A stretch of DNA of 63,293 bases, filler included, from Octopus bimaculoides (GCF_001194135.2; 7 parts of 7 records of this genome joined end to end with filler, not necessarily neighbours in it); one strand, 5' to 3'. Counted from the whole stretch's first letter, positions 12,672 through 24,859 are shown. The notes: generated by a model from the sequence alone, not told the origin. A program made the numbers and translations.

Positions 12672-13189
12672 NNNNNNNNNNNNNNNNNNNNNNNNNNNNN
12701 NNNNNNNNNNNNNNNTTAATTAATTAANNNNNNNNNNNNNNNNNNNNNNNNNNNNNNNNNNNNNNNNNNNNTGTTACGGTGAAGTTGCCTCTTCTCCGCA
12801 CAGAGCACGAACCTATATCAGTTCGTGAATTTGTTAACCATGTAGCCATAGAAAGCTTTTGAGATCACAAAGAAAATATACAATATGATCTATTATAAAC
12901 TGCGCAGCCTGTTTTGCTAATAAAAATTCTATTAAAATATTCAAATAAAAAGGGATGGAAAGGTAGTGGAAATGACCGCCTGTGATATTTTATGACTTCT
13001 ACAAGTCGGTCCTTAATCAATAGCGATTATTTTATTGACATATTCAATCTATATAAAAGGCAACATTTCTGTGCTTAGCATAAAACCAGTTATTGATTTA
13101 AGCTTCTTGTTGGAGATGGGTGATTAATTTGTTGCTAAGTTGTTAACGGTTTTAGCAAATTACTCAGCCAAGAATTTTTTAAACTTGTC

Positions 13190-13575
13190 AAGCTCTACCA
13201 TACACCATACTACACCATATAGTACCACTACAGTACTACAGCTCTAACATACATCATAGTACACCATACTCTACTACTATAATACTACAACTCTATCATA
13301 TACCTTACTATATCATTCGTACAACTACAGTACTACAACTCCGCCATACACCTTACTATACCGTACAATAACCATACAGTACGACCACAGCACTACAGCT
13401 CAACCATACACCATACTATACCATACTCTACAACCATAGTACTACAGCTCTATCATACACCTTACTATATCATACGTACAACTACAATACTTCATCTCCA
13501 CCATACATCTTACTATACCATACAGTACGACTATAGTACTACAGTTCTATCGTACACCATACTATATTATACAGT
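13190..13575. repeat. Degenerate ~48-49-bp minisatellite (CATACACCTTACTATACCATACAGTACGACTATAGTACTACAGCTCTAT-like)
   Basis: Recurrent CATACACC(A/T)TACTAT and GTACTACA(G/A)CTC blocks; two adjacent units measured at 48 and 49 bp. Confidence 0.7.
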
Positions 13576-13922
13576 ATTGTTACATGAATATATCCCAATC
13601 TGTTAATGTCTGTCTGTCTGTCTCTTTGTCTTCCAAAACTGCGACCATCCTTGTCTTTCGTTGATACGCAGAGTCATCTCAGGTGACCTGAGGCTTTTTT
13701 AAGACGGAGAGTTGTGATTCTTAGGTGATTAGGTCGCTATTTCTATCAGGTCGAGCAACCATGCAGAAGCTCCGTCACTGTCTCGTTCTTATTCAGGTTG
13801 TGACAGATTACAAAACTAAATTNNNNNNNNNNNNNNNNNNNNNNNNNNNNNNNNNNNNNNNNNNNNTTAATTAATTAANNNNNNNNNNNNNNNNNNNNNN
13901 NNNNNNNNNNNNNNNNNNNNNN

Positions 13923-15530
13923 CATCAATGGCTCGTCTGTCTGTCTCCCCTATTTTTAAGGATCAAAGCTACAAGTATCTCGGAATCGAATCGGTGAGAA
14001 TGTTGCATACATTGGTGCTGCGACCAAAGCCAGAATAACTAAAGAGTACTTCTGTAGACTCCGGAAAATATGGAACTCAGAGTTGTCTGCATTTAACAAG
14101 ACTATATCTCACAATTCTTTTGCAGCACCAGTGCCAGTACCAACATTTGGGACATTGGACTGGACACTCGACGAGTTACGCAGCCTGGACATCAAAATCA
14201 GAAAGATACTGACCACAACTGGCAACTTCCACTGGTATCAGCGGCACTGATAGGATATATGTGAGATGAAGTGATGGCGGTAGAGGCATAAGGTCAGTCC
14301 AAACAGCCTTTGAATGCATCATTGTATCATTTAGACAACACCTGCTGAACAGTAAAGAACGAAATGTGTATATACCATTGGTTTCTCAAAATTGACAGAC
14401 ATCTTTAGAGTTGGAGAAGAACATGAGACAGCCTGGCTGATCCAGATGATCCAGGTGTAGCAGAACCGGCATTCTTTATCAAAAGATGGAGGTTTGGTGA
14501 TACTCTAAGAATACAAGTGTCTTATGCGACCCAAAGGAGTCTGGAATGGTCTACCTAAACAGAAGTTTGGATGGGAAACAAGCAACATATCAGCAAAAAG
14601 GGAGTACACATCCCGTAAGCTCGCGGGCAACAACAGTATTGACAGGAAGAGTAGCTTCTCCTGGATCTGCGATAGATACATTACATTCCTCTTAGAAGGA
14701 TATGCTTTGCTATCCAGGAGCACGATATAGCTGCTAAATACCTGATAAACAAGACGGACAAAGACTTCACCAAACGTCCACGTTTTGATAAAAAAAATTT
14801 CGGCTCTGCTATACTAGTGTGGAGGATATTACACACATAATCAACAGCTGCACCAAAACGTCTACAAGATACTACCTACCCTTGAGGCATGATATATTTC
14901 CAAAGACTATTTTCAATGCTATCCGCAGGAAGGCCTGCCCTAATGTATACATCAAAAGCATGCCAGAACTAGCAGGTATTCATATCTTTAAATGCAAGGA
15001 ATACTGATGGTACCCCACTCCACAAAAAAAACATCAATGCGGTGCCGACATAACAGACCTGATATTGTTCTAAGGGATAGGGAACGAAAGTCATGGACTA
15101 TTGTAGAGGTCAACTGCCCAGCGGATGTGAATGTACAATCAAAAGTTCAGGAAAAAGAAAACATGGCAAGTTAAGGCGGAACTTACAGCTCATGTACCCT
15201 GACAATGAATTCACATTTGTACCTATCATCATAGGGGCATTAGGTTATGTACCAACAAATAAGCACAAAGGTCTAGAAATAGTCGGTTTCAGGGACAAAA
15301 AAGCAAAAGGAGCTGACGCGGATTCTTCAAATCCAGTTTATTAATGGTATTGTGAAGATTTCCAAAACTTGTGTGTTTGTGTGTGTGTAAAGTGTAGATT
15401 CTGATAGGGTAGAAATTCGGAATATTTCCAATGCAGCACATCACCCGAACTCCGGGCTCCGTACATTCTAGAACTTGAACTTTGAGTAAAATTGAATGTC
15501 CACTGGTAGTGCAGAAACTCTAGATACATC
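13923..15530 (+). mobile_element. R4/Dong-clade non-LTR retrotransposon (RT end to REL endonuclease), with frameshifts and stops
   Basis: YKYLGI; KEYFCRLRKIWNSELSAFNK; FGTLDWTLDELRSLDIKIRKILT; RHD; NRPDIVLRDRERKSWTIVEVNCP (PD..E nuclease motif); FVPIIIGALG. Confidence 0.85.
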
Positions 15531-16210
15531 AATTGTGTGAGTTTTACGAAGAGTGATATATATAATCTAATTAAGATGACTTAGAACGAATTTAGTACAT
15601 CTGTATTGTTAGTTACACAACTATTTCGGTACCGTTTCTAATATAAGGTCAGCAATTCTGAGAGGATGGGGCAAGTTGATTACATCGACCCCAGTACTTG
15701 TCTGGTACTTTGTTTTATGGACACCCCCAACGGTTGGAAGTAAAATTGACCTCGGAGGGATCTGAACACTTTATCAAGTCCAAAAAACTTCAGACATGGA
15801 GTTCGAGCGAAACATCGTCCTATCCTTTCTTCAAACCGTACACGAAAAGTGTCGCTAAACACTTTGGCCGACGTGCTCAACGATTCTGCTAGCTCGCCAT
15901 CTTAAATCAGTGCATAATAATTTCAGGCAAAACGCCTGGAATTTGAGTAAGGGGTTAATTGATGTCAATTATTCAATGGGTACTAATTTGATCTAATCCG
16001 AAAGGATGAAAGGCAAAGTCGATGTCGGTGAAATTTCGACCCAAAACGTAAAGACGGACGAAATGCCGCTGAGCATTTTGTCTGGGGCTCTAACGATTCT
16101 GGCAACTTGGCACCTTATATCTGTGTATAATAATGATAATTCCTCCTCTCTGAAATTCGGACAATAATTAGATGAAGACTTTAATTTAAAAAAAAATAAG
16201 TGTGAAGATT

Positions 16211-16300
16211 GATAGGTTGGGCCGCCTTTGCTCCTACATTGGTAAGTTGGACCGCCTCTGATCCTACATAGGTAGGTTGGGCCGCCTCTGATCCTAAATC
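16211..16300. repeat. 30-bp tandem repeat x3 (GGTAGGTTGGGCCGCCTCTGATCCTACATA)
   Basis: Three units read directly. Confidence 0.8.
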
Positions 16301-16901
16301 CAAGGAGGATCATAGTTGGCCTTGAGATAAACAAGAACAGCAAATTTTAGTTATCATGTTTCGTCCCTTCCCAGCTTTCCAGCTTTATTCTACATCATGC
16401 ACAGACGCATTTAATTAAAATAATTACATGGTTTTTATTACGAAGCATGAAGAGACAACAATGCATCAGATAGACTAATTATATATTCATCCTTGTAACA
16501 TAATAAGATGCTAATGATAATTAAAAAAGAGAGAAGAATCACCAAAGAAAAAACAAAATTAGTTTCTCTCGCCCTCTACTAAAAATCTTATTAAATATGA
16601 GCCAATAAGGGATCCTCAATCCGGTCAGATAACTTTTTAGAAATAGCAACTAAATCTGCCTCAATAGCCATAGCTTGCTACCATAACAAATGATCCATTG
16701 GACAATATAATGCTTGGTGCACAAAAAGACGGGATAGTCATGGTCAGAATGCCTTTGATCATGTGATGATCTGGATTGATCAAGGGCAAAACATCATCAT
16801 CATCATCATAGTCATCGTTGTCGTCGTCATCGTCGTCATTCTCCTCTTCCTCAACCTCCTACTCGTTACCATCATCATCATCTTAATCGTCGTCGTCATC
16901 G

Positions 16902-16932
<31 letters not shown>

Positions 16933-17174
16933 TAGCAATAGCAACATTATTTAATAGCTGATCAATCTTACAAGACACTTGATATTTTAGTTAGCAAAGA
17001 TTAATCAAGCATATCTCTGTTTTTAGTAATTAACGAGTAATTAAGTTATTAATCAGGTAAATTTGAAAGAAAAATATAAAAATTATTTTATTCATAAATT
17101 ACTGGTGAGTCAACAACGTTTTTTTCTGCAATGCTATAGGACGGAATAAATCTATAGATTTTAGCCAACCCTAA

Positions 17175-18230
17175 CTAGATATGAGATGTTCCACCCAAAA
17201 AGTGACACAGACAGATTATATGTACCAAGAAAAAGAGGGGAAGAGGACTGATTGGATGCGAGCACAGCATTAGAGCAGAAGAAGACAGCATAGCATGGTA
17301 TGTAAAAAATGCCACAGAACCGCAATTACTGGAAATAAGAAGGCCAGGCTTGTGTAGGATGAAAGATTGCAAAGATAAAACACTGTACAAGCACTTGAAA
17401 ATGAATGAAATTGAAAATAGGTGGACAAAGAAAAGAATGCATGGACAATATCATAGGGATGTTGCAGATAAGACAGGCAGAAAAAGATGGCTATGGATGA
17501 CTAAAAGTGACTTTAAAAAAAAACTGGAAACGGAGGCTCTAATCTATGCTGCGCAAGAGAAAGCATTTAGAACCAATTACATCAAATACACAATAGACAA
17601 TACTTCAGAAAGTGATAAGTAAGAGCAGAATTTGTGGACAAAATAGTGAGACCGAATGGCATATTACCAGACAATGTACGCCACTATCCCAGAAGGAATG
17701 TAATAGACGTCATGACAATATAGCAAGGATTGTCCATTTGGCACTTTGCAATAAGTATGGACTTGACAGAGCATAAATCTGAAGGCATCATCGAAAATGA
17801 TAATGCAAAGATCTATGGGATTTTATGATTCAGTGTGACCATGAGATAGAGAATAAGAAACCAGACATAGTCTTAACTGAGAAAGAAAGCAAATGCCCAG
17901 CTGACAACAAGGTAGCGATAAGGAAGAAAGTAAAGTCGATAGATATGACAGGTTAGCTCGGAAGGTTAAGCAGCTGTGGTCGCTGAAAAACGTGGTAGTA
18001 GTACCAATAATTGTCGGAGTCGTGGGAATAGTGAATAAAAATCTCGAGAAGTTCATGGAACAAATAAGAGTTGTAATAAAGGTGGAGCACTTGCAGAGAA
18101 CAGCACTGCTTGCAACCGCTCGAATACTCCGGAAGGTGCTCGAAAATTAAGAGGTGTTACATTAGTTCACTGATAGTAAACAGCTGACACTGTAGTACAT
18201 CTCCAGCGTTAGAAGCTGTGCAAAGATAAT
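17175..18230 (+). mobile_element. 5'-truncated R4/Dong-clade LINE with 3' UTR, ending in an (AAC/AAT)n tract
   Basis: FHPKSDTDRLYVPRK; MHGQYHR; ETEALIYAAQE; RRHDNIARIVH; KPDIVL; VVPIIVG; TALLATARILRKVLEN*; followed by (AAT)n to ~18340. Confidence 0.88.
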
Positions 18231-18305
18231 ACAATGATGATGAGGATGATAACAACAACAACAACAATAACAACAATAACAACACCAACAATAATAATAA
18301 TAATG

Positions 18306-18344
<39 letters not shown>

Positions 18345-18580
18345 TTAGAAGCACAAAGCCTGAAATTTTGTGTGAGTGGGCTAGTCGATTACATCGCCCC
18401 CAGTATTTGACTGGTACTTAATTTATCGACCCCGAAAGGATGAAAGGCAAGGTTGACCTCGGTGGTATTTGAACTCAGTACTTAAAGTCGGAAGAAATGC
18501 TACTAAGCACTTTTCTCACAGCTCATCGCGTTAACAACAACAGCAACATCAACGACAACATCAAGAATAAAAAATAATCA

Positions 18581-18912
18581 CAAGAGCATTCAAAGAGCAC
18601 TAACCTCCGCCAAGGTAACACCAACGTCCTCTCAGCGATTAGCTGGAGGTGATTTTTAAAATGAGAATATCTGAAATGAACTCGACCGCTCTCAAAGATT
18701 AAGAAAAGAAAAAGAAAAAAACGGAAAAAATAATCCAGAATCCTTGACCGGTAGCGGATCGATCCCCAAATCTAATCACTTCGTGCCAGTCGCGAGGCCA
18801 AACATCCCTGAAAGTTTCATCTGAATCCATCCAGCGGTTCTTGAGATATCTTGTCCACGGACAAACAAACGCAACTGAAAACAATACCTCCGCCCTAGTG
18901 AAGGCGGAGGTA
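18581..18912 (-). mobile_element. Helentron-associated (HINE/DINE-1-like) non-autonomous element
   Basis: Terminal hairpin TACCTCCGCC-ctagtgaa-GGCGGAGGTA (18885-18912), a further CCTCCGCC at 18604-18611, and a GTTTGTTTGTCC...GAAACTTTCAGG core on -. Family assignment is from recalled architecture. Confidence 0.55.
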
Positions 18913-18930
18913 ATAATAATAATAATGATG

Positions 18931-18976
<46 letters not shown>

Positions 18977-18977
<1 letters not shown>

Positions 18978-19186
18978 TCAGACAAATACATAACAAAAAC
19001 ACCAGGACTTACAAATATATATAACATACAGAAAATTGCACTACTGGGTACTGCACACATTCTACGCAAAACACTTTCAATACAGTAAACATAAGAGCAC
19101 CACAGCAAACCACAGCACATACCCAAGGCGCACAGAGCTGCGCTCGGTAGTGAAGTGAAAGCACGTTATAAAAATAAAACTACTGA
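18977..19186 (+). mobile_element. Short 3' end of a second R4/Dong family embedded in (TAA)n
   Basis: SDKYITKTPGLTNIYNIQKIALLGTAHILRKTLSIQ* plus 3' UTR, with (TAA)n on both sides. Confidence 0.8.
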
Positions 19187-19364
19187 ATAATAATAATAAC
19201 AATAATAATAATATAATAATAACTATGGTGATGATGATGATGAAGATTTCATTTATTTACCACAAGGGCGAAGGATGAGCGGGAAAATACAAAAACAGAC
19301 ATAAAGTGTTGGGGCTTACATAGTAATAACAATGATAATAACAATAATGTCTTCCATAGTCGAG

Positions 19365-19601
19365 TTATGTGTCTGTCTTCGTCAATTCTGAAGAAGTCGT
19401 CCCTTCTCGGTCACTTGAACCGGTTTCTTTTCCTGAGTTTCCCCACTTGAAGATTTTCTGTAATACCATTTGTTTTCTGATATCCGACATTGATGATGGC
19501 ATTTGCATTCTTTTAGTTTCCGGCATGAAGTACAAGAGGAAAACGCTCAAAATACAACCAATGCTACACACCGTTTCAGGTACCCATGGTATGATATCCA
19601 T
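19365..19601 (-). CDS. SLC22-like MFS transporter, terminal exon (TM12 and cytoplasmic tail)
   Basis: Acceptor ttttcttccgtcAG, phase 0; MDIIPWVPETVCSIGCILSVFLLYFMPETKRMQMPSSMSDI...TDT*. MPETK..MPSS matches SLC22 LPETK..LP(D/E)T. AATAAA on - at 19252-19257. Confidence 0.9.
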   Translation of the reverse strand: MDIIPWVPETVCSIGCILSVFLLYFMPETKRMQMPSSMSDIRKQMVLQKIFKWGNSGKETGSSDREGTTSSELTKTDT

Positions 19602-19689
19602 CTGACGGAAGAAAACAGATGGAATATTAAATACATGTGAATATGTGTGTGTGCGCGCACGCGCACGCACACACACACACACACGCTCT

Positions 19690-19728
<39 letters not shown>

Positions 19729-19829
19729 TCTTTACTCTTTTACTCTTTTACAAGCTAATGGACCCCAGGACTTACTCTTTGTAAGCCTAGTACTTAGAGA
19801 TTGTTTATTAATTATAAGAATTTCCTAGC

Positions 19830-20470
19830 TATGTCAATGACTACTTTCATGTTATAAGGTGGGTTGAATCATAAGATTTTCCTTTGTCTACGGCTTCTTG
19901 GTCTATTTGGATTTGGTTCAATGTAATCTATGCTATTCTTGAACTTGGATCTTTCTAATGCAGCATTATAGTATAGAGCGTCTTTTTCAAGAGTGTCTTT
20001 ATCAGCAGATAAACTGAAGACGTGGCTGCTAATGTTAACTAGTTGTTTAATGACTGCTGGTGGATAGTTGGAGCCTATGTCTATGTATGAGGCCTCCTCA
20101 TTTGTTTTATGGTAGGGCGAAAAATTGCCTGTGCTAAGGTTCATATTAATATCTAGGTAGTTGACTTCTTTAAGGCTGGCGCTAATTGTAGTGGTTAGAC
20201 CTAATTGGTTAAATGTTTTGCATAGTTTTTTTCCTTATTCTATGGCTGTGGTGTTCATTTTTATTGTGTACCATTCCCAGGTCATTGTCTATATAAACCT
20301 ATGTTAGCTTCTTTTTTTTATTTCTTTTCGAAGGATATCTAGGATGTAGATGCCTACAAGTCAGCTATCTCTGCACCAGACTAGCTCCCCATTGCTACGT
20401 CAAGTAACTCGTCCCCATACTTTTTTTACCCAATAGGAATTATCATGAAAGAGCGATAACTTCCTTGGGT
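19830..20470 (-). mobile_element. Penelope-like element RT fragment (intronic, degenerate)
   Basis: DVAMGS*SGAEIADLVGIYILD; KKVNYLDINMNL; YHKTNEEASYIDIGSNYPP; YNAALERS, typical of GIY-YIG PLE RT and thumb regions. Confidence 0.75.
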
Positions 20471-20884
20471 TCATAATTATATCTGGTCACATATGCCTTA
20501 CTGAATTCAGGTGGCTTCTGAAGGAAGCGGATTTTGAGCGCCAAGCGCTGTTTGTAATCTGAATTAGACACAGAGCAGAAATATGTCTCACCTCAAGTGG
20601 CACAGTGTTGTGTGTCCTGTCTGATTTTAGGATATTTAAATGTTCGTTTAGTCCAGCGCGATTTAGGATCATATGTGCGCACACACATATATACGCACGT
20701 AAGTACGTACGTTTGTATGCGTGTATATATGTATGAATGTATATAGACACACAAACACAGACACACATATATATTCTGTTTTCTTGCCCATGGCACACGC
20801 AGAGTTCCGGTGGAACTGCGAAACAATTCACACATACACACACACATGATACTAATTTTGAATTCTGTACCGGTAATTACTTAC

Positions 20885-20957
20885 AAGAACGCGAGAATAG
20901 GGCGACAGCATAGTTCCAACATTTCCAGAGAATGTTAAGAAACCAAGTCCGATATTC
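20885..20957 (-). CDS. SLC22-like transporter exon (TM11)
   Basis: ataattccAG ... GTAAGT; 73 bp, phase 2 to 0; (R)NIGLGFLTFSGNVGTMLSPYSRVL. Confidence 0.9.
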
Positions 20958-21950
20958 CTGGAATTATATGAGGAACAGTATAAACGAAAGACAATTCAAA
21001 CAGTGGAATAAAGAGTTATGTAATGAGGGAGAAGATAAAGCTTAAAATTTCTAGCAGACTATTTCGTGGAACAGAGAGGGGTGTGAGAGAATAAATGAAT
21101 TGGAAGGTAATCAAAGTTAGGGGAAATGTTTATAAAAAAGACTTAAGAATAATTGAAGATGAGCTAACAGAGAAGGAAGCAGAAGTAAAGATGTTATGGT
21201 AGTAGAAACTTTTGCACTTCGTTCAAATTTTTGATCTTGTACTTGGAAAATTTCAGCTCATCATACAAAAGTGAGCTGAAAAATAAAACTCGTAAATCCG
21301 GGGTTACTAAAGCGGGTCCTCATAAAGTGAGATATTACTGCATATATATATATATACATANNNNNNNNNNNNNNNNNNNNNNNNNNNNNNNNNNNNNTAT
21401 ATACGTATATAGAAAAACGGTTTATAGTATAGAATAGGTACATACCTGTTGAAGACGAAAATGTATGTGAGAGATATTGTATTGGACGTGTGTATAATCA
21501 TAGAGAAAGTGAAAGATATATGAAATGGACGTGTGTTTTGTCTATGTGTGTGTGTGTTTTTTGCGGCTAATTTGGCGGGAGTTTTGCATTCAGCAGAAGG
21601 TGGTTTGTGTTTTATCTCTCGATTGATGGCCGGACAAGTGAAAATATTTTTTAATATGTGTTTTGGGGAAAGGGGATCTGTTGAAGTGGGCGTCAAATGA
21701 AAAGAGACATGGACAGTTTTATGACTGAACTTGTTTTGAAGTTGGCGTGAGACGGAAGTATTGATGTGCGTGCGTATGTCTGTGTATGTGTGTGTGTGTA
21801 TGTCTGATGGGGTGTGCGAGACAGAGACTGTAATGTTGATGGTGTGTGTGTATATGAGAGAGAAAAAGAAAGAAAGAAAGAGAGAGAGATAACTGAAATT
21901 TTTATTCAGTTTTTGTAGTGAGTGAATGTGTGAGTGATTGACAGAGAAAA

Positions 21951-21984
<34 letters not shown>

Positions 21985-22416
21985 NNNNNNNNNNNNNNNN
22001 NNNNNNNNNNNNNNNNNNNNNNNNNNNNNNNNNNNNNNNNNNNNNNNNNNNNNNNNNNNNNNNNNNNNNNNNNNNNNNNNNNNNNNNNNNNNNNNNNNNN
22101 NNNNNNNNNNNNNNNNNNNNNNNNNNNNNNNNNNNNNNNNNNNNNNNNNNNNNNNNNNNNNNNNNNNNNNNNNNNNNNNNNNNNNNNNNNNNNNNNNNNN
22201 NNNNNNNNNNNNNNNNNNNNNNNNNNNNNNNNNNNNNNNNNNNNNNNNNNNNNNNNNNNNNNNNNNNNNNNNNNNNNNNNNNNNNNNNNNNNNNNNNNNN
22301 NNNNNNNNNNNNNNNNNNNNNNNNNNNNNNNNNNNNNNNNNNNNNNNNNNNNNNNNNNNNNNNNNNNNNNNNNNNNNNNNNNNNNNNNNNNNNNNNNNNN
22401 NNNNNNNNNNNNNNNN

Positions 22417-22450
<34 letters not shown>

Positions 22451-22489
22451 CACACACACGCGTATATTTTTAAAAGTATTTTCTGTTAA

Positions 22490-23400
22490 TCTCATATAGC
22501 TCATTTCTGTAGTCGTCACCTTTGCACTAATCACCTCCATGAGGTCCTTGACGTTATCTGCACAGTTGCTACGAATCTGTTTTCGTAGTTAGGGTGTTTC
22601 TGTTTCTGCAATCTTGCTATGGTACAATATAAACTAAGCACGCAACCATCACATTGTTCTTACCGAAGGTCATATTTTTGAACTACTATAAAATGCTTAC
22701 TTATCAAAGACTGGAAGCTACCAATTATTCTCTTCCTTATATTTTTATTCTATTGAGGAGTTAATCTAGACGATGTTTATTGTCATATTTCTGTCTGCTC
22801 GTAGAGGAATTTTCCACAATTTCTAGGTTTTTGCAACAAGGTGTTATAGGCTTTTTTACTTCGGTTCATAATTTCCTCGTCTCAAGTCAGACTGGAAACA
22901 TTGCCTGCTAAGATACATAGTATGTGAAATACGGAACGATCATCTGCACATTCATTCTTGATACCTTTCAGCAAACTCGAACGCAAATAGGCTAATCGTT
23001 GTTTCCGTCACAGGAGAACAACTTCTTTTTGCGACGGCAATGTTTTAAGTACACAATCGATTCATTGACGCCAAGAATTCTAGGACACCGGTGTTTTGAC
23101 ATGTTGTTTCTAATCGTCCAGAACCACCCGGACATTTGAAACTAAACAAGAGTTAGTGGTTCTTGTCTATAATTTCAACGAACAAACTGTTTACTGGTTT
23201 GTGTTGATATCTGCCAGTCGGAAATAAATTGTTGTTTGTGCTGTGGACAGCGAGATCCTGTTTAGACTCAAAGGTCACGGTGTTTCTGGTTCACAAGATA
23301 CAACATGACGAATACAGGTGATCCAGAATCTATTGCTCTAAGTTGAGTTTGTTATGAACACATTATCGTCGTAAAAAAAAGAGGAGTAGTTCTCCTGTGA
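22490..23400 (-). mobile_element. Highly decayed LINE (possibly RTE) RT remnant
   Basis: Weak motifs only (CADD near 22950; AKVTTTEMSYMR resembling the RTE AxEMxxLR motif); many stops. Confidence 0.3.
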
Positions 23401-23749
23401 CCTACACGACAGGGATTAGCATATTTGCCTTCGAATCTACTGGAAAATATTGATTTCAATTTTTTGCACTGGGAGAGCAATTTCAAGGGAGGAGATAAGG
23501 CGACTATATTATCGGCTTATCTCCTCCCTCACGCTCCACTGGTACTTATTCCATTGACTCCGAGGGGATGAAAGGCAATGTCGACCTTGGCGGAATTTGA
23601 ACTCAGATCGTAATGACGGACGAAATTCCACGAAGCATTTTCCCCGGTGTATATGACGGAAAAGAGCATAAGAATATGTGACATTCAGGCCTTCTCAAGA
23701 ACAATAATGGCGTATATTATGATATTCAATGAATTTATAAATTACTTAC

Positions 23750-23870
23750 CTCAGGTTAGTTGGGTAGACTTCTGTTGTATATATCCACATAAGACAAAAT
23801 GAAGCACTGATACCAAACATTCCCAACAGACTGAATATGATGTTCAAGACTGAATAGACACTCGACCCAT
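23750..23870 (-). CDS. SLC22-like transporter exon (TM10 and the E(L/V)YPTxxR loop)
   Basis: ataattccAG ... GTAAGT; 121 bp, phase 1 to 2; (D)GSSVYSVLNIIFSLLGMFGISASFCLMWIYTTEVYPTNL(R). Confidence 0.92.
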
Positions 23871-24350
23871 CTGGAATTATTTTAATTAAATATTTAAATT
23901 ACATTTTTTTAAAATATGAGGCTGAATATGATGTTCAAGATTGAATAAAGACTCGGAACTTTTATCGCTCCATAGCACCTTGGGTAAGTGTCTTCTACTA
24001 TAGCCTCGGGCCGACCAAAGCTTTGTGGGTGGATTTGGTAGACAGAAACTGAAAGCCATATATATATATATGTATATATATTAGTTTATGTATATATTAA
24101 TATTATCTCAGTTTTTTTAAAAAAACCTTTGATAATGTAAACATGTTAATAGTTACCAGAGGTAGCAAAATTACACTAGAAAACAAGATATCNNNNNNNN
24201 NNTTATCTCAGTTTTTTTAAAAAAACCTTTGATAATGTAAACATGTTAATAGTTACCAGAGGTAGCAAAATTACACTAGAAAACAAGATATCACAGCCGT
24301 TTTACAGGTAGAGATACCAAGTTAAAGTGATACATTTAAAGTGAGAAGAT

Positions 24351-24605
24351 ATGAATAATAATAATTATAATAAATGGAGCAAAACGCATATAAATAAAAG
24401 CTCCTTTAATTCCTACACATGTTTCAAAATATATGAGAGCTTCTTCACAAAGAAGTAAAAGCTGCTGGGATTCCTTATATATTCCTCATGTAAGAGGAAT
24501 ATATGAGGAATCCCAGCAGCTCTTACTTCTTTGTGAAGGAGCTCTCATATATTTTGAAACATGTGTAGGAATTAAAGGAACTTTTATTTATATGCGTTTT
24601 GCTCC

Positions 24606-24647
<42 letters not shown>

Positions 24648-24650
24648 TAT
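24351..24650. repeat. Long inverted repeat (foldback), arms ~24351-24487 and 24494-~24650, 6-nt loop
   Basis: Unique arm sequence of ~115 bp reverse-complements with 4 transition mismatches; the outer ends are (TAA)n/(TTA)n. Confidence 0.92.
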
Positions 24651-24859
24651 ATATGTATATATATATAAATCCGTGTGTGTGTTCGTGTTTGTTCCCCACC
24701 ACCACTGCTTGACAACCTATGTTGGTGTGTTTGCGTGCTCATAGCTTAGCAGCTCGGTGAAAGGAACCGATAGCATAAGTAGTAGGCTTAATGATTGAAA
24801 CAAGTAAAAGACAAAAGGAAAGCTTATGTGTATTTTACGTGAGAAGAATAAATACATAC

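Noticed and set aside
24105-24292. Exact ~90-bp direct repeats around a 10-N gap (also at ~34319-34389 and ~50620-50750)
   Set aside because: Identical sequence either side of a 10-N gap indicates an unmerged contig overlap.
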